A DNA stretch of 64,000 nucleotides from Isurus oxyrinchus (lineage: Eukaryota): the NCBI GenBank assembly GCA_026770705.1, contig JANJGN010000065.1, positions 1,922,001-1,986,000 of the forward strand, in the 5' to 3' direction. The position numbers and the translations under genes are program-made. The notes below the pieces were generated by a model. That model did no database searches and was not told where the DNA came from. It worked only from the letters and a program-made list of their open reading frames with translations. Each line of letters starts with the position of its first letter. Positions within the stretch are counted from its first letter, which is position 1. This document shows, in pieces, positions 11,996 through 24,817 of the stretch.

Positions 11996-12308
11996 TCTCA
12001 ACTCCAGTCGGCGTCAAATGAAGTGAATCCTGGAAACCCCGTTAAATCAAATGTTGCCAAAGACACTATCTGTTGAAATGGCCAGAATATTTTCCCAGGA
12101 GCATTTTCCGCCCCTTGTCCTGCCGGAGATTAATCTGGAGGTGAATGGATTCGAGTTTGGCTGGGAGATGGGTTGTGATTTCATTAACTCATAGCACCTT
12201 AAAATATACCAAATCACCCTTATGATGTAATCATGCCTTACAACCTCGACTAAAACACGGAGACTTTGCTCTGTCATTTACAATCTATTTTAATTTTCTC
12301 TCTTACAG

Positions 12309-13219
12309 TTAATTTAGTGACGATTTTGATCCTGTCCAGGGGAAAGTGCGGCCTATCCACTTGCACAACAAGGTACCTGGTAGCAATGGCAGCGGCGGAT
12401 TTACTTGTAATTATTACTGATGCCATTTTGTATCAGATACGTGATTATTATTTCCCTGGTTCTTTCCTGGACATCACTCCGTTATGTAGTGTTATCTTTG
12501 CCCTGATTTCTGCAGCCACAGATTGTTCTGTCTGGTTCACCGTCACTTTTTCCTTTGATCGATTTGTCACAATCTGTTGCCAAAAGTTTAGATCTAAATA
12601 TTGCACGGAGAAAACAGCAATTGTGGTTTTATCAACAACTTGTGTTGTGTTCTGTTTAAGAAACGTTCCATTTTGCTTTATATATGAACCAAGAGAGATA
12701 ATCGGCAATGTACCCTGGTACTGCCATGATATGCCAAGCTATTATACAGATCCAGCGTGGGTGGGCTTTGACTGGTTTCATAAAGTTTTAACACCATTGC
12801 TCCCATTCACTTTGATTCTTTTGCTTAATGTTCTGACAGTCAGGCATATTTTAGTGGCCAGTCGAGTCCGTAAGAAATTGAGGGGTCAGAGCAAGGGAAA
12901 AGGCCAAAATGACCCAGAAATGGAAAGCAGAAGGAAGTCGATGATCTTACTATTCACAATATCCGGCAGCTTCATGCTGTTGTGGTTGACAAATGTGGTA
13001 GAATTTTTATATTATAACATTACAGGAACAGATCCATATAGTTACAACGATTCTTTATACATTTTTCGGCAAGTAGGATTTATGCTGCGAGATGTAAGTT
13101 GTTGCACAAACACATTCATTTATGCAGTGACACAATCCAAATTCAGAGAACAGTTCAAAAGGGCGGGAACATATCCTGTTAGGTCAATTATGCAATTAAT
13201 AAATACACCGAGAGAATGA
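12309..13219 (+). CDS. GPR139-like: GPR139-like orphan class A GPCR, coding exon 2 (TM1 second half to C-terminus)
   Basis: Open frame with 7TM hallmarks: YLVAMAAADLL (TM2), SVWFTVTFSFDRFVTICC (TM3/DRF), PLLPFTLILLLN (TM5), SCCTNTFIYAVTQSKFR (TM7/helix 8). A polypyrimidine acceptor, ttttctctcttacag, ends at 12308. With exon 1 the CDS is 978 nt (325 aa). Confidence 0.92.
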
Positions 13220-13542
13220 GTGAATTCATAAACGGGCCGAATGTCTGTGTCACAACAATGAAATAGTGTACTCCTAAATCAGTCAACTCAATGAGAGCAG
13301 CAATCACTGACGACCTGCGAAGGGATCCGAAAATTGGCAATTACTGTATTGAAGAAACAATATTAGTTTTGTCCGATATTTTAGATAATTTGATTTGGAG
13401 AAGAGCAGTATTTGCAGAAGGCTACACGAACACCTAAAAGTGTGCAATCAGTTCGCTGACAGCTACATAATTAACGAACTCTTGAATAAGTCAGTATATC
13501 TAGCAGACTTTAGGGATACCTTGAAATCCCACAGTCCATCTC

Positions 13543-13700
13543 GCTCTCTCACACACACACACACACTCTCTCTCTCTCTCTGTTTCTGCCTTGCTCTCTA
13601 TCTCTTCCTCTGTCTCCCTCGCTCCCATTCTTTCGCCCGTGCTCTCCTTTCCCCTTTTTAACACACACACACACACACACACACAGACGGATATACGCAC
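13543..13700. repeat. (CT)n/(CA)n compound microsatellite
   Basis: Visible dinucleotide runs. Confidence 0.95.
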
Positions 13701-13899
13701 ACACTGCCTCCCGCACACTTTGCAAACAACACTAGGCCAAACACGTCGAGTGCCGGTAAAACATGCATGATTTAGAAATTAAACCTCCATCCACACTTTG
13801 CCATCAAGCACGCCTAGGCAGATTCAAGGTTGGCTCCATTTGATACAGTAAAGCTGAATCCATAGTCTACAATTACGAAGCCACCACTGACATCCACGA

Positions 13900-14200
13900 G
13901 GGCAGATTTTGACCCATTCTCCTGCCACCCGCCCGTCATCTGCATTTCATAGGTTGGGGGGAGGGGGGGGTGTTGAGGGTCTCGAATCCTGCAACTGGGG
14001 CACAGGTTTTGTGAAATTGAGAGGCAGATGCAGTGAAGGCAGAGCATGCGGGAGAATGAATAAATTCTGTCCATGAAATGATCATACCACTGGCAGGGCG
14101 AATCCTGTATAGATTTTGGTTAACCGTACAGAAGGTTGGAAGAGATCCAGGATTGTGCCGGCTACGTGCCACATTCAAAACCGCTTTCATTCTTTGAAAC
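13900..14200. mobile_element. GC-rich non-autonomous DNA-transposon-like fragment (possibly Harbinger-related)
   Basis: Begins gggcagattttgacc, resembling the terminal motif at 50131, and forms a GC-rich island in AT-rich DNA. Confidence 0.3.
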
Positions 14201-15649
14201 GGCAGGCCGTACAGACACCCTGAAAGTGTGAAGTTCAGGCCATGGCACCAATAGAAAAGGAACTACACAAGAAGGAACAAAAAAGGATTAAATAGGTGTC
14301 GTTGGGGAAAACTGCAAGTGCACGGTAACAGAGATGTATTCCCGTGACATTCATTCTGAGTTAGTTATGGTGTTTTGCCACCGTGTGCCAGGGTCAAGAT
14401 CAGCATGGACAGGGTGCAAAATGCTCGGCACGAGCAAGGGAGACAGCAGGTCTGCCCTTCTGCCAGAATTTCATGATTATAAATGACGTTGAAATGTAGT
14501 GCATGGGAATTAGAAAATCTTGTGTCATACCCATTGTCATTCCTGAGCGAAATCGGAATATATCGAGGATCAGTGTGTGGCCTGAGTACAATAATTTTTC
14601 TTCTGATGTCACAAGAGGCAGGAGATAACTTCACGAAAGTCAACATTATTAAATATTTTGATTCGTCTATCAATTCACGTTGAAAATTACCACAGAAGCC
14701 ATATTTGTGCTTTATGGACTATGGAATTGAGAATGGAAGAAACCACGTTCGGGGGAATCGTGTATAACACCCAGGAGGAACTTTGAGAGGCAACGGGATA
14801 TATGATTCTTAGCTAAATGAAGACGGAGAGGAAGGTACTAACAAATTAGCTGCTGCTGTTTGGCTGAAAGCGTCCGGCATTCTGCGAGCTTTGCAACCGT
14901 ATAGTTAGTGAGGAATAGGAGCATTTTTCTGTTCCTCCCAGAATTAAAAATTGCTGAGCTGCTAAGTCCACATGAAAGATGCAAACACCATTTTTTCGAC
15001 TGCAGGACACTTCATACCTGCTAAGCTGAACAACATGTTTCAACCCCTTGACTTTCACAATAGAGAGGCAATTCAAGGCATGGGAAGCGTTGATACCTTA
15101 CTTAGGATGATTACATTTTGCATATTTCAGGATTATTTCTACTCCTGTATTTAACATACGATTTGTGTTTTAGTAAATAGCGGCAACATTTTTACTAAAG
15201 TAGCTTTCAGCAATTGTTCTTCAATAAAATAAACTTTATCCTGTTTAAGGCTAAAGCTTTACCGTGTGTGTATGTGTGCTATCATTAAATGGGAACATTC
15301 ATAAATTTAAAAGGCGGCGACGTGCACACACGAACATACACACAAATAGACACGAAGACACACGGGCATATTCTTACTTCATAAACCACTTTGAAGAAAT
15401 GCATTTTACATGATTGTGAGAATATTGAGAAAGGTGTGTTGCCATATTAGATAGCAGTATCCTTAGATGTATTACGAGTAATACAAAGGTACATTCATAA
15501 TGCATGCTTGTAAATTAGAAATGGGGCGAAGAAATTTGGTCAACTACATACGTCCATAATCATACCGCGATATGTTATTTTTATGACAACAATGAAAACG
15601 TGAGCGAAAAATGGCATCGTTTTGCGCTTAGTTATCAAAGATATGAGGT

Positions 15650-16400
15650 GTTCCGAAAAAGTTATGGAGGTAGAAAGAATGAAGGTAGGATAGCAGGAGT
15701 AATTCGGCAATTTGTTCAGTGCAAAAAAAATGAAGTCCTTTAGTGGGCAAAAATAGAATTCATTTGGATAAAGATGAGAAACATAAAGGGGACAATCATG
15801 CTTCTGTGGGAATTGTAGAGGCCTCCAGGGAGTTGGGGGGGGGGGGGGTGGTGCGGGGGTGGGGTGGTGGTGTGGGTGTGGTGGGGTAGTGGGACACGTA
15901 GCGGAACAAATACTCAGATTGAATATGGAGAATTAATGCTTGGTGAAGTGACAGCATTGTGGGAATTTAATTGCCAAATATGTATGTTAGATGTCAAAAA
16001 ATAATCAAATGGAAATAAGGCTACTTTGAACAGTGATAAACGGGAAACATTCCCGAAATGTGTTCAGGAGAAATTTCGTTGAGTATTATTCTTTCTGTAT
16101 AACGAGAAAGAGGACACTAAATCATCTGATGCAAATTAATATAGTGGACAATGTGGGTAAATTCTGTGTGAAAGTCGATAAAGTAAGAGTGACCATTGCA
16201 TCATATAATATATTTTCACATTGGAAAAGAGCAAGTGGAAATCTTCAGAATAAGTTCCAAATTGGAAGAGGCCTAGCTTAAATATCAAGAGAGTGGATTA
16301 AACAGAGAAAAATGGAATCACAGATGTACAGAACAAACCTGCCATGTAATCATAGGTGAACTTGAATATAAGTGCATCAGTAATTGAGCACTCGGATTGA
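15650..16400 (+). mobile_element. Degenerate CR1 ORF2 (endonuclease region) fragment
   Basis: Remnant motifs tagaattcatttggataaagatgagaaac...ggaattgtagaggcctcc and gtgggaatttaattgccaaat (GDFN-like). Confidence 0.45.
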
Positions 16401-18260
16401 CCCCTACAGACTGCACCTCCAATCCAGTGCACCTTTGCTGACCTTTGGCCTCAACATCAATTTCCCACCCACCCAACGCATGCCTTGATTTCTGAGAGAG
16501 AAACGAAAAATTTCTGCTTCATCTTTAATTGCATTCACCTTTTGAGTGGGGAAATGGAACATACACAGTCATTTAAGTGAAGAAATTTCTCCAGAGCACA
16601 GACCTAACTAATCAATCCCTTATCTAGAAACCGTTAATGCATGCATTAGGTTTCGCGGCATGGGGATGTAACCAAATAGCATCTACACTTTATAGGCCTT
16701 CAGAATTGTTTATGAATTAATGAGAACACCTCTCTTTCTTCAAAGGCTGGATAGTACGAGCGTTGTTTAGTCTTTATTTTTTTTTAAATAGGAAAACAGT
16801 TCCATTCCAGAAACCAATCTATTGAGCATTTGCTCTCGCAGCTCCAAAGCAATTATATCCTTCCTGAGATGCGGAGAGCAAAGCTACGCACAGTACTCCA
16901 GGTGTGACTGCACCAACACCCCGTACAATTGAAACACTGCTTCTATATTATTGCACACCAATCCCAATGTCGAGCATGTCCTTTACACCCCTAATTCCTT
17001 TTTTGCAGCCACATGGAAAGTATTGTTTCCTATGTACAAGGGCACCAAAGCTCCTCGCAGCATGAATGTGTACACTTCTATCCCCTTTACAAACATTTTT
17101 TTTCATTCTTAACAAGGAAATAAAGAAGCAATTTTTTTCTTACTTTTATACTCCATCTGAGATTTTGCTGCTCAACAAGTTAACCCGTCTATACATCTTT
17201 GTCATATTTCTGTTGAATTTCTGAGAACTTAAATTCCAAACTAACTTCGCATTGTCAAACTTAGAAATATTAGCACTGTCAATTCGTCAAAGTTGTAAAC
17301 ATAGACTGCACGTCACTGAGAACGCAGCATTGCCTTCTGGCACTCCAATTTGAATATGTTTTCTTTATTCTTGCGTTTTGCTTCTTGTCCAATAGGCACT
17401 TCTCTATCCATTCCAATAAACGCTATTACCCCACAAATACCTTTTATCAGGACGTTTTTGAATTACATTTGGAAAGGCGAGTGAATTGTATCTACCTTTA
17501 TCAGCCCTGCTGGTTTCTTATTTTTGAAAAAGAGTCTAATTAGATTTCAGTCTTTGTACTTCCAGGTGACGATGTCTGATGATAATATAATCTTCCCCGC
17601 ACATTGTTAAATATTGAGAAATGATAGTTTTAAGAGTTTTCTGATGACTGACGTTTGACTCAAAGGCCTGCAGGTTAGTTCCTTTGTCGCACTCCATTCA
17701 TGAATAGCGCCATCACATTTCGTCATTCCCGATTCCCTGATATAATTTGAATAATAATGTTCAGAGCATGATGTACTCCGCAGTATTCACTATCAAACAC
17801 CGGGCATATAGCCCATCAGTTCCTGGGCATTCATCGGATAGCATTCCCCTAACTTTAGCCAACAAAGTTTTCTCTACTAATAGTAATTCCGAAGAGCATC
17901 GCACATGTATAGGTCATTTCATTTTCTTTTTTCTTTAATTCTGTGTTCCAGGTTTGTAAATTGCGCTCTCTACTGCTAAACAGATGAGGCAAATTTTCGC
18001 AACCGCTTCGACATTCCTCTTTCACCAAAATATCTCTTTTCTCTGCTATTCAAGAAACAAATGTCTTCACTTTTCTTATACATTTATAAAATATTTTGCA
18101 ATCTGTTTCTGCATTCTGTTTTCTCCTATTCTATAGTTTTGCCCTTTTGATCAACATTTTATTGGTTCTTGTAAGGTTCCTAATAGTCTCCCTGCTCTCA
18201 TATTTAAAACTCTTTTGCCACATTTTAAAACTCTCATTTTAATCAAATTTCTTTTTTTTT
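16400..18260 (-). mobile_element. Old degenerate CR1 LINE (RT to 3' end)
   Basis: Typical reverse-strand CR1 motifs (gcacagtactccaggtgtg, tatatccttcctgagatgcggagagcaaa, tagcccatcagttcctggg). Confidence 0.6.
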
Positions 18261-18747
18261 TACTTTCTCAGTGATGTTCCACTTATGTGCAATTTGAGAA
18301 CCATTCCTGTCATCTGAATAGCAAATCCCATCGAACAATTCTCGTGTTAAATTGACATTTGGCATTATTGTTCCTGTTCACCAAACCTGTGGTTTGACAT
18401 CGCCGAACAATTAGATCTGTGTGACACCACAGAAGCGTGCAACATCATGGAACTGATGAACGCAATCAATGCCTGCGAACCTGGCTGACGTCGCCAACGC
18501 CACAAAGATGCTTTACAATTTCACACTGCAGTGCAAAAAAAACAAACGAAAAACCCAAAACTATTTCTTGTTTGACTACATTGGCGACGTGGAGGACTTA
18601 ACATGATTTCTAGGCGGCTCCTCTGGGATTCTGCTCATTCGGATATTATATTATTTTGGATTGTTTCTTTATATGTTTCGGTCTGCGCTTTTACCAGTGC
18701 ATGTTTTAGTCTATTGGCTGACCTGCTTTGTTGAACTAGAAGTGTCA

Positions 18748-18925
18748 AGTGCAAAAACAGAAAATGTTGGAAATCTCAGCAGACCTAGAAGCATCTGTGG
18801 AGAGAAAAACAAAAGCAGGGAGTCAATCTTTCGAGACTGTAAGATCCTTTCTCAGAGCTTTGGAATTTTCCAGCTTTTTTGTTTTTGTTTCAGATTTCCA
18901 GCATTCACAATATTTTCCTTTTAGT
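18748..18925. mobile_element. Penelope-like pLTR inverted pair
   Basis: aaaaacagaaaatgttggaaatctcagcag...ttttccagcttttttgtttttgtttcagatttccagcattcac. Confidence 0.6.
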
Positions 18926-19849
18926 TCGCAATTTGAATGTGTCGTTCAAACCTAACTACAAAATGAATTTATCATAACCATTGCTTACCAGCAGAGTTTC
19001 CAAATGTAATTACTGATGAAACTTATTTTACAGTACAGAACTGAATGATAGTTAGCCTTATCCCTCAAATGTTTTGAATTGTCACGTTCCGGGCAAATAC
19101 CATGAAATATAGACTTATCTTGCAGGCGACATTTGCCAATGTGATTAAACAAATGGTACATTGATAATAAACTCCAAAATTATTGGATTATGTCTGTGGC
19201 AATTTAACAGTCGTGTTCCTCTTATTCATCTACCTTATGGTGAAAACATTAGTCCTGACTGACTCATATAAAGCGCCCTAATATTTAGGTTTTCACTGCT
19301 ATTTCGTTAGGTGGACCTTATTTGCAAGCCACTAAGATCGTTAATCTCTCTCCTCACAACCTGATGTGTGATGCTTCACTTCAGTCCAACTGTTTTTCAA
19401 TTTGACTCTCAACTTTTCTTTTTCAAATGACGTTTCTCAGTCTGCTTTTAGATAAACTCCGCTGCACCCTTTTACTCTCTCACATATTCACACTTGTAGG
19501 ATTTACTGAGTCATGGATCATAGTTCCATTTAAAGGGAGTCAGCCCAAAGGTAACATTCCCTCTTTCACAAGTTATGGTGCCAGTGATACATGAATTTAA
19601 CCCAATAGCTCGCACAAAACTCTTTGAGCCACATTAAGTCGGAAACGATTCAGGTACAGACTGGACTGTATATATTAACGGCTATAGAGAATGGAACCAA
19701 AGCTAGAGGTTCTTGGACATAGGAGGAGGAAGAGCACATGATACAACTAACAAAATGATACCATGTCGGAAAATTTTTCAAGTGGGAGCTAAACAAATTA
19801 AACGAGGTGTGAGGAATTCTGGAGAGTGAAAAAGGACATACAAGTATTT

Positions 19850-20722
19850 TTCTTTTCGTGGGATATCCTGGGCGTTTTCCTGGCATATTTAGAAGGCATT
19901 TTAACAAACAGGTTAGTGATAGATGAGATCCCCGCTACCTCCCTGGCTGCACCCCGATGAAGAGAATGACATTAACCCCTGGATAATCACTCCTGCTCCT
20001 TCTGACCTGTGGACTGGTTGCTCCTCAAAAGGGACTATTAGATGGATGTAAGTCCATGAATTTCCATTACTTCCTGGGTGAAGCGCCTGAGGAAAAGAAC
20101 AGCAGGCGTCTGATTGGATAGATGGAAAAGTAGGAAGTTTTTCAGCATTGATGAAAATACTTCAGGACAATAGAGTCTGATTCCTTGCAAATGGTTGTGT
20201 TTTAGACTGGAAGATCTTGAGAGTGGTGCTCTACAATGTGCAGTGAAATAGCCACTGTGGAACGTGAAAGACACTTTCAAAGTTTGCCAATGGTGCTATG
20301 CGTGGTGCAACAGAGAGTGTTGCAATTCCAACAAAATAGATAGCTCCATAGGCGAGCAGAATGAGCACAAAAATGTTAGATGGGATTTAATGCCGGGGCG
20401 GGTGAGGAACTTACGTTTGAGAGATGTGGTGGCGGACACAATAGCATGGGAACAGAACACTTCTAAAGAGAGCACAGGGACAAATAACACTTGTCCAGAA
20501 TTTGGCAGCACTGATATGGGACCAGCCGAGTCCGGTTCCTGAACTATATGGTGACTGGGACGTGAAAATGTATCGGTCTCTGAATTGTTTCACTAGCACG
20601 AAGAATGGGATGAATCGTAAAGTCCACATACTGCACCTTGGAGTTAGAGGCAACTTAATACGAGTGTTAATTTCTGAACCTGCCGAAATTTAGTGCAGGT
20701 GGCCGGGTTCTTAAATCCCTCC
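19850..20722. mobile_element. GC-richer non-autonomous DNA-transposon-like remnant
   Basis: Composition shift, with a terminal motif ttaaatccctcc similar to other putative Harbinger-like ends. No coding motif was found. Confidence 0.25.
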
Positions 20723-21289
20723 AAAATGAAACTTGTAGTTGAGCGAACAAATGAATGGAAGTGGGTAAGGCAAGGCAAGCAAATCTGTTTTCCCTTTCTT
20801 ATGGTTAATCAAGAATTTTAATGCCCTGAGTTTAAATGTGCTTACCAAATTTGCCAGTGACTGCTCTGTGATTATAAACTGAATTTAACATTAAAGTTAA
20901 TTGTTTCCATTTACCTACTTCTGAAAGTGATCATACACTCGAGTGAAGGAAGAGATATAAAATTTGCTATAGTATCAAATGAATTAGAATTAATTTTCCA
21001 CTGCATAAAATATTTTCTTGCATTGTACATTATTGCAAAGCTAGGTCAGTGTCAGGCCTGGAGCTAGTTACTTAAACTCAACCACTTGTTTTCAACAATG
21101 CTGTGCAAATCAGCTCTCTAATCTGTTTTGCCGTTTTAACGCTTAGACAGATATAATAGCTTCTGTCTGCCTTCAAAACAGCAAAGCATTCTGAACTGCC
21201 AAAAGATACATTAGTTTCGATGTTTGGTGCATTCCAAAGCAATGATGGAATCTACAGCAATTGAGTAATTTAGGACGCATAAGAAGGTG

Positions 21290-21620
21290 TGTTTTTCAAT
21301 TTGCTAATGGGATTTGGGCATCGGTCATTTATTGCCCCTTCGCAATAGCCCTTGTTCAGAGGACAGTTTCAGTGTGAACTATATTGCTGTGTGTCTGTAG
21401 TTACATGCAGAGAAGAACAGGAAATGCAGGCTGATTTCCTTCCCAAGAGCACGTCACTAAACCAGAAGCGTTTGCTCAACAAGTAAAAATGATATCTTAG
21501 TGATCAGACTTTTAATTCCAGATTTTTCTTGAATTCGAATTTCAAAATTTGCCTTCGTGGATTTCGAACACAGGCCACAATGCTAGTAGAATGACAGTAT
21601 CGCATTGCTACCACCTTCCT
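21290..21620 (-). mobile_element. tRNA-derived SINE (HE1-like)
   Basis: Collinear with 5830-6096 (ttcctgcatttcc, tagacttttaattccagattttt, gatttcgaacac). Confidence 0.6.
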
Positions 21621-21779
21621 GAATATAGTCAACGGTGTGTATGCTGGGTTCTCTGAGAGCTATATAGACATGCTTGAAACATCATTTGTATCCCATAGCA
21701 GTTCCAGCTTAATTACTTCAAGTGCACATTCAAGTATCGTTTGAAATCTTTAGAGGAGAATTCAACTTCCTCTGAATTC

Positions 21780-22430
21780 ACAGGGTAGCGATCAAATTTC
21801 TGGAAGGCCTTCCCACGGGTTACCTCCTACGGAATATTATGCCGGGATGGGCGAAGCTGAGAACAACCCACCAGCCCTTACCTCATTTGAGGCTCTTAAA
21901 TAGTCCATGATCACTCATCCAAGTGCCATATCTCACTCAGAACCAATTTTCAGGCTGGCGGGAGGAGTTGTGGGACAGTGGGGCAGCCAGCAAGTTAACC
22001 ATATTCAGGCCTCTGGTAGGAATGGCTGAGCCCTGCGGGGTATAATGCCCACACCCGGCTTCTCCACCGACATTCTCTCTCCACCACTTCCATGCCAGCC
22101 CTCAACTAACCTGGCCGGACTTGAGACATGGCCGTCCCATGGTTAACTTGGCCCTGGAATCCAGGGACTTATGTTCTGGGAAGAGATGACCGTGCTAGTC
22201 CTGGCTAATGCAACTCCTACACACAAGGCAAAACGGTTAGCACTCGATCAGAATGGCCATCAGTTTTCTGAGGCGGACTTCCTCCAGCGGGTAGGGCAGA
22301 AGCCCTAACTTCAACCACTTAACATTCGTTAGAGTGTGAGCTGGTAGCCTTGGCAGGCGGGAATGTAATTCAGCCGACTCCATGAATGAAGGAAAGAGAC
22401 GTTCTGCTGTGCAAAGTGCGCTGGAATTGA
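21780..22430. mobile_element. GC-rich non-autonomous DNA-transposon-like remnant
   Basis: GC-rich island sharing motifs (gaggctcttaaatagtcc, tgccatcagtttt.tgaggcggacttcc) with 25640-26335 and 62200-63700. Confidence 0.35.
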
Positions 22431-22439
22431 TTGATTCCC

Positions 22440-23420
22440 CTTCCAGTCACATCTTGGGCTGCGTTCTAATTGCCACTAACAACCTCTGCGTTATGAAGGA
22501 CTCGATCTGAGTTATATTCCCGATGTATCTTTAGCTCTTGACATTGAATGTATGACCCATAGTGCTAGAACCATCAGGCTAGAGGAACATGTTTTCGTTG
22601 ACTTGCTTATTGAGTTATGTTATAACCTTTTAGTAATCTATCAACTATCTCCACCCCTATTTTACTTAAAGAAGAACAATCCCAGCTTTTCCTAACTAAT
22701 TTTACGACAAAAATTTCCCATTATGGAAACTCATCTTCTAAATCTCTTCTGCCAGCCCACAAAGTCTCTCGCATCATTCCTGAAGAGTCCTGGACGAATG
22801 AGAAACATTAATACATTTGGGTCATCACCAGTTGTTTAGAAATGTTAAGAATATAATTTCTTTTTTTTGATCTCATCACCACTCTTTATAAGACCAAAGG
22901 TCCAATATGCCTTTATAACCACCTGCAGCAACACATCCCTCTCTTCCTTTACTTTAGTTGTAGCTCTGCCATTATGCCCACATTACTTATTCATATAACT
23001 TATTTTAATAAAATAATCACAGCATCACTGTTCCCTTTGGTAAATGTCATATGTCATTTGTCTGCCCAGTCTTCTGGACTTTCTATATTTTTCAGCTGAT
23101 TTGTACCATCGTCACTGTTTTCCATTCCTCTTGGTTTGGCATTACGAGCAAAGTTTGTAATTTCACTCGGTTACCCAAGATCCTATCTGTGTACATCTTG
23201 CAACAGAACGTAATGGTGCCATCGGTCATCAATTTGGAATACTGCTGCCGAATATCAGCAAACTGAAAAAAAATCATAATTACCACTCGCTGTTTTCTAC
23301 TCCATGTATTTATTTACTTTTGGCCCGTTGGCCACTGACTCTCCTGTTGGATAAGTCTCAATTTCGTTAATCAGCCTGTTACTTGTTATCTTGTACAACT
23401 GTTTCCAAATGTTCATAAGT
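22440..23420 (-). mobile_element. Old CR1 LINE fragment
   Basis: Reverse-strand CR1 motifs (aagaacaatcccagctttt, ctcgctgttttctactcc, gtttccaaatgttcataag). Confidence 0.5.
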
Positions 23421-23444
23421 AGTGGATTTGAATCTGGCTCCAAA

Positions 23445-24560
23445 GATAAACATGTTGTGGAAGCTTTTAGTTTTCAGTCATCAGGACAGTATCCACTAGA
23501 ATTCCAAATTTAAAATGTAACAATAATTTATATGCTTGAAAAATAATGTTGATTGGTTGGCAAGCGGACATTGATTTCTTGAGGTGTTTTCATGAGCAAT
23601 GCACCAGCAACAAATATGCTCAATCGTTTCTTTAAATTCAATGCAGGCAAATCGGTTAATATTTTCGATGTTTTGGCATTAAGAATGTTCCAAGGAAATT
23701 TTGAACCCCAATCCTTTTACTTAAATAAGGCGCAGTGACTGGGCATGTTATTGTATTTACATGGGACAATGCCTTGCGTCTGAATGCTGCATAAAAGGGT
23801 ACTAGCAAATGTGAGTGAGCCCGACTGCAAGCCGTTTGTTAATCTTATATTGAGTGCGAGTGTAAATCTCAACACACTGGAGATTGTTATGTAAGTCTCC
23901 CCAATTGCTGAATCACACTTAAAGTTTGATTACAAAAACATAGTTACCTGGAAAAACTCATCAGGTCTGCTGCCAGATCTGCTGAGTTTTTCCAGGTAAT
24001 TCTGTTTTTGTTTTGGATTTCCAGCATCCGCAGTTTTTTAATTTTTATTTTAAAGTTTGATTGTTTCTCCTGTGTTTTACAAAAACGGGGTGCTTGAGTC
24101 GGGTCAGTAGAAGCAATAGAATTGAACTGTTGTTGAAACGATGCACCAGTCATTGGGACATATCGCCTAGAAAGCAATAATCATAGAAACTATGGAACTC
24201 ATCCAGCACGTTACTAATTTGTGTGGTAAGAAGATCATATTTTCGCTTGTTGGCAACACTGTGCCACTATTGCACTACCACAGTGAAAAAATACTTTTTG
24301 CTTTGCCCGCAGCTCAAATATTTGAGACACCTTGCACTCCAAGGGGAATTTGACGTAGACGGAGAACTTGTCAGGAATAAAAGTGCTTACCTTTGTACAA
24401 TTCATGATGTTGAGTAGCACACAATGAGCAAAATTCCGATTGTCGTGCAGGGTAGCTTTGGTGCGTCCGATTTCAGAATCAAGGCTGCATGATGGAAAAG
24501 GTGACTGAGTACATTTTGGCGAAGTTGTGATATGTCCAATTTTGTAGTTCGTAAGGCTAT
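23445..24560 (-). mobile_element. Penelope-like element remnant (GIY-YIG region plus pLTR), with a nested pLTR fold-back at 23935-24050
   Basis: The minus ORF VYVKFPLECKVSQIFELRAKQKVF parallels the plus-strand copy at 56750-57560. A hammerhead-like CTGATGA...AAAAGCTTC lies on minus at about 23455-23490. Confidence 0.65.
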
Positions 24561-24817
24561 AGGAGCTACTAAAGTCTTCCACCCTCAATTCCTTCCTATA
24601 ACACTCTCCTTCTTTGCTCGAATTCTAAACAGTTCCTTTTATCTTTCCAGTCTCTCACACAATTCTTTCTCGGGTGGTGAAGTTGCTGACAGGCATTCTC
24701 TGATTGCCTTAGATTATTGTGGGAAACTTGATTTTCTCGTATATCTGAGGCTTATGCAAAGAATAACGACAGATGAGCAACTGAAGGCTCAAGCCAATTT
24801 TCAGTCAAATATCCTAC

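Noticed and set aside
12266-12308. ORF-track N-terminus MLCHLQSILIFSLT as the start of a single-exon GPCR
   Set aside because: It starts at TTG, is the intron's polypyrimidine tract/acceptor, and lacks the first half of TM1. The upstream exon at 9708-9774 supplies the proper N-terminus.
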